Shown: piece after piece, positions 62,001-64,000 of the stretch | How positions within the stretch are numbered: position 1 is the first letter of the stretch | How the letters are laid out: every line of letters begins with the position of its first letter | Assembly (NCBI GenBank): GCA_905178155.1 | Contig: CAJINV010000001.1 | Coordinates: forward strand, 10,968,311 to 11,032,310 | Reading direction: 5' to 3' | From: Amoebophrya sp. A120 | Taxonomy: Eukaryota; Protista; Dinoflagellata | DNA: 64,000 bases | Position numbers and translations under genes: made by a program | Notes under the pieces: generated by a model | Seen by the model: only the letters and a program-made list of their open reading frames with translations | What the model was told of the DNA's origin: nothing | Database searches by the model: none

Positions 62001-63547
62001 CGGAGACAAAGACAAAGAGCGCCGACTCCAGTCGGTAGCTTCGGTTCCAGAGAAACTGTCACACAAAAGGCGGAGAGATCATGACGACGATTCTGAGCAC
62101 GACAAAGACGGCGCCGGAGGAGATGGTCGTGGTCCCCGCCCCTCTCGAGGTGATGCAGATGGTGCAGGAAAAAATCCACAGTCTCGTCCGAGCCAAGCAG
62201 GACAGGCCCGTTCGAAGAACGACGAGGAGCGGGTGGCAATGATCCGGCAGGCGTTGCAAGAGAAACGTGCAGCCCTCGCAGAGAAGCGGGCACAGGAGGC
62301 AGCGGCGGGCGAGAAGCAGGAGCCAGGGCGGCTTCGCTCGAAGATTCAGCAAGCCTTTCAGCGCCCGGAAGTGCAGGCATTCATCTCTCGGGCCAACACG
62401 ACCCCAGCCCTGCCGGCGGTACAGAAATCCCATCCTCGGGTTTGATCTTCAAGTTATATATTGCACATCGAAAAAATTATCTCCTGAATAATTTCTACAT
62501 TATGAATGCTTTCAGCATCGATCGATCAAGATCAACCTCCAGCCGGCGTAACATGGAAAAATGTACTGCACCATACACCACTTTCGACAGACGCAGACCC
62601 TGCCTGTGGACAAGGATCAGAACAATGCGACCTTCGCATCTTCGGCCAGTTCTGGCCTGCGAATGGGCCTTCAACGTCTGTATGAAAAACCAACTGCGTT
62701 GCAGGAGGGGCAGGTTGGACGTGGTCTGTCGCAGCCGCACGCCGAAGTAGACGTCGTGACTAGAGTGCAACCAGAGCAGCAAGTCCCGGAGCGAGGTAGA
62801 CCGAGCGCTACGGCCGCGGAAGCGGGTAGCGGGGCTCGCCTTTCTACCGCAAGCAAAAGTGAGAACAGTACAAAGGAAAAGCAGCAGCTGAGGATGGGGG
62901 CTCCGGTGCGCCCTCCTCTGGTGCTGCCTTTTCTCACAAAGCGAAAAGATAGCGATGAAGAGGCGAACGCTGCAGCTAAACGGTCGCACAATGATCTCAG
63001 AAAATTGGCCGCACAAGCGCAGGCGCGACATGACGAGGTATTGGATATCATGAAGCCGGTGCCGTCATCTCCCAAGAAGATGGAGAAAAACCGACTTTGT
63101 GTGTCGCAAGAGGCGGCGCCGGAGGTCGTGCAGAACTGCGCCGCGGGAGACAAGTCCTATCCCCCGAAAGACGACAGCGTCGATCCCGTGGAAGATGCAG
63201 GAGAAGAGCAGTTCATCATCAACGATACCATCGAAGAGTCAAGTGTTGCTGGTCCTCCAATGCTGCCAGAGGAGAGCGTGGCTGTACCTGTAGCTCCTCT
63301 GTCTATTCCAGAACCGAAAGACTCTGTTGGCAACGTTCCGGCCGACGCAGTTGTATTTCCACAAGCTGCTGTGGCAGCTGTCACAACAGCGGGTCCTAGC
63401 GCCCCCGCAGCTGCGCCCAGAGACAACGGGGAGCCCTCGGCGAGCAACGCGGAGGCTGTTGCGGATCCCATTCCCAGCCCGCCGACCTCAAGCTCGGGCT
63501 CGCCGATTGAGATTCCCAGTAGCCCCAGCTCGGCCAGGTATAATTGA
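56017..63547 (+). CDS. Zc3h12a/Regnase-type NYN (PIN) ribonuclease-domain protein with very long disordered flanks, 3 exons
   Basis: VIIDAPNV..DVDSFV..IVSNDKYRDY at ~57541-57981 and a polyQ/N-rich N-terminus. Phase-compatible GT-AG introns 58067-58219 and 62419-62590 join the three long ORFs. Confidence 0.75.
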
Positions 63548-64000
63548 CAGTCTCCTGCTGCTGGTACTATGCTTGGCGTGCCTCAGGAAGTACGCAAGAA
63601 TAAAACGAAAGTGTGTAGAAGTACTCAAAATAATTCGCAGATACACAGAATTTTTTTTAGCGTGACTGACAGCACACGAGGACGACATTAGGAACGACCA
63701 TCAGTGGACGAGCGAGTTCCGAAGCTCAATGAATAAAACTCTTACCACGCAATAGGTGCACCTTGGGAGGGTTGGGTATCAGTTGGAAGCATAGCGACAC
63801 TGCTTTACCCGCGTTGAGGCAATCCGTCGACGAGGGTTTCAGCGCGTTGGCAAGTTTGTACGGCAAAGAGAGTGGCTTGGAGCTCCATGAATTCTACGTT
63901 TCTTTGCTGCAGAACCGTTCGTGGGATCTCCACAGTGTCGATCAAGAAAATCAACAAGCAACTGCGGAGGCTTCGAGTTCGTCCTCGTCTTCTCTTCTTT

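Noticed and set aside
521-63471. Many long minus-strand and alternative-frame ORFs (e.g. 1911-2948, 33538-34617, 35649-36650, 38078-39157)
   Set aside because: They are shadows of GC3-rich plus-strand genes and show no domain signal.

Overview
Eukaryotic, gene-dense protist DNA. About 17 intron-containing protein-coding genes all lie on the + strand (a unidirectional cluster). Gene content, architecture and non-canonical introns point to a syndinian dinoflagellate such as Amoebophrya (inference). Recognisable genes: a tandem Nudix-like giant protein, a B9-domain ciliary protein, a SnoaL/NTF2 protein, an RRM-less CstF-64-like protein, a TPS/TPP-like protein with degenerate catalytic motifs, a RING finger, a PDZ plus adenylate-kinase-like giant protein, MEIG1, a G-patch protein, an ankyrin protein and a Regnase/NYN-domain protein. 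The standout system is a set of short elements bounded by TAT...ATA, with 32-52 bp terminal inverted repeats (TIRs) and 5-bp target duplications, inserted in coding exons (273-408, 16060-16312, 22202-22463, 22497-22731, plus a decayed copy at 9932-10099). The four intact copies carry in-frame stops, three of them cannot be removed by GT-AG splicing, and removing each element plus one duplication restores the reading frame and conserved motifs. Two of them flank a 28-nt micro-exon. A separate 1.45-kb TIR element with a 6-bp target duplication and an internal 13-bp minisatellite sits in a GC-rich relic at about 25.6-28.5 kb.
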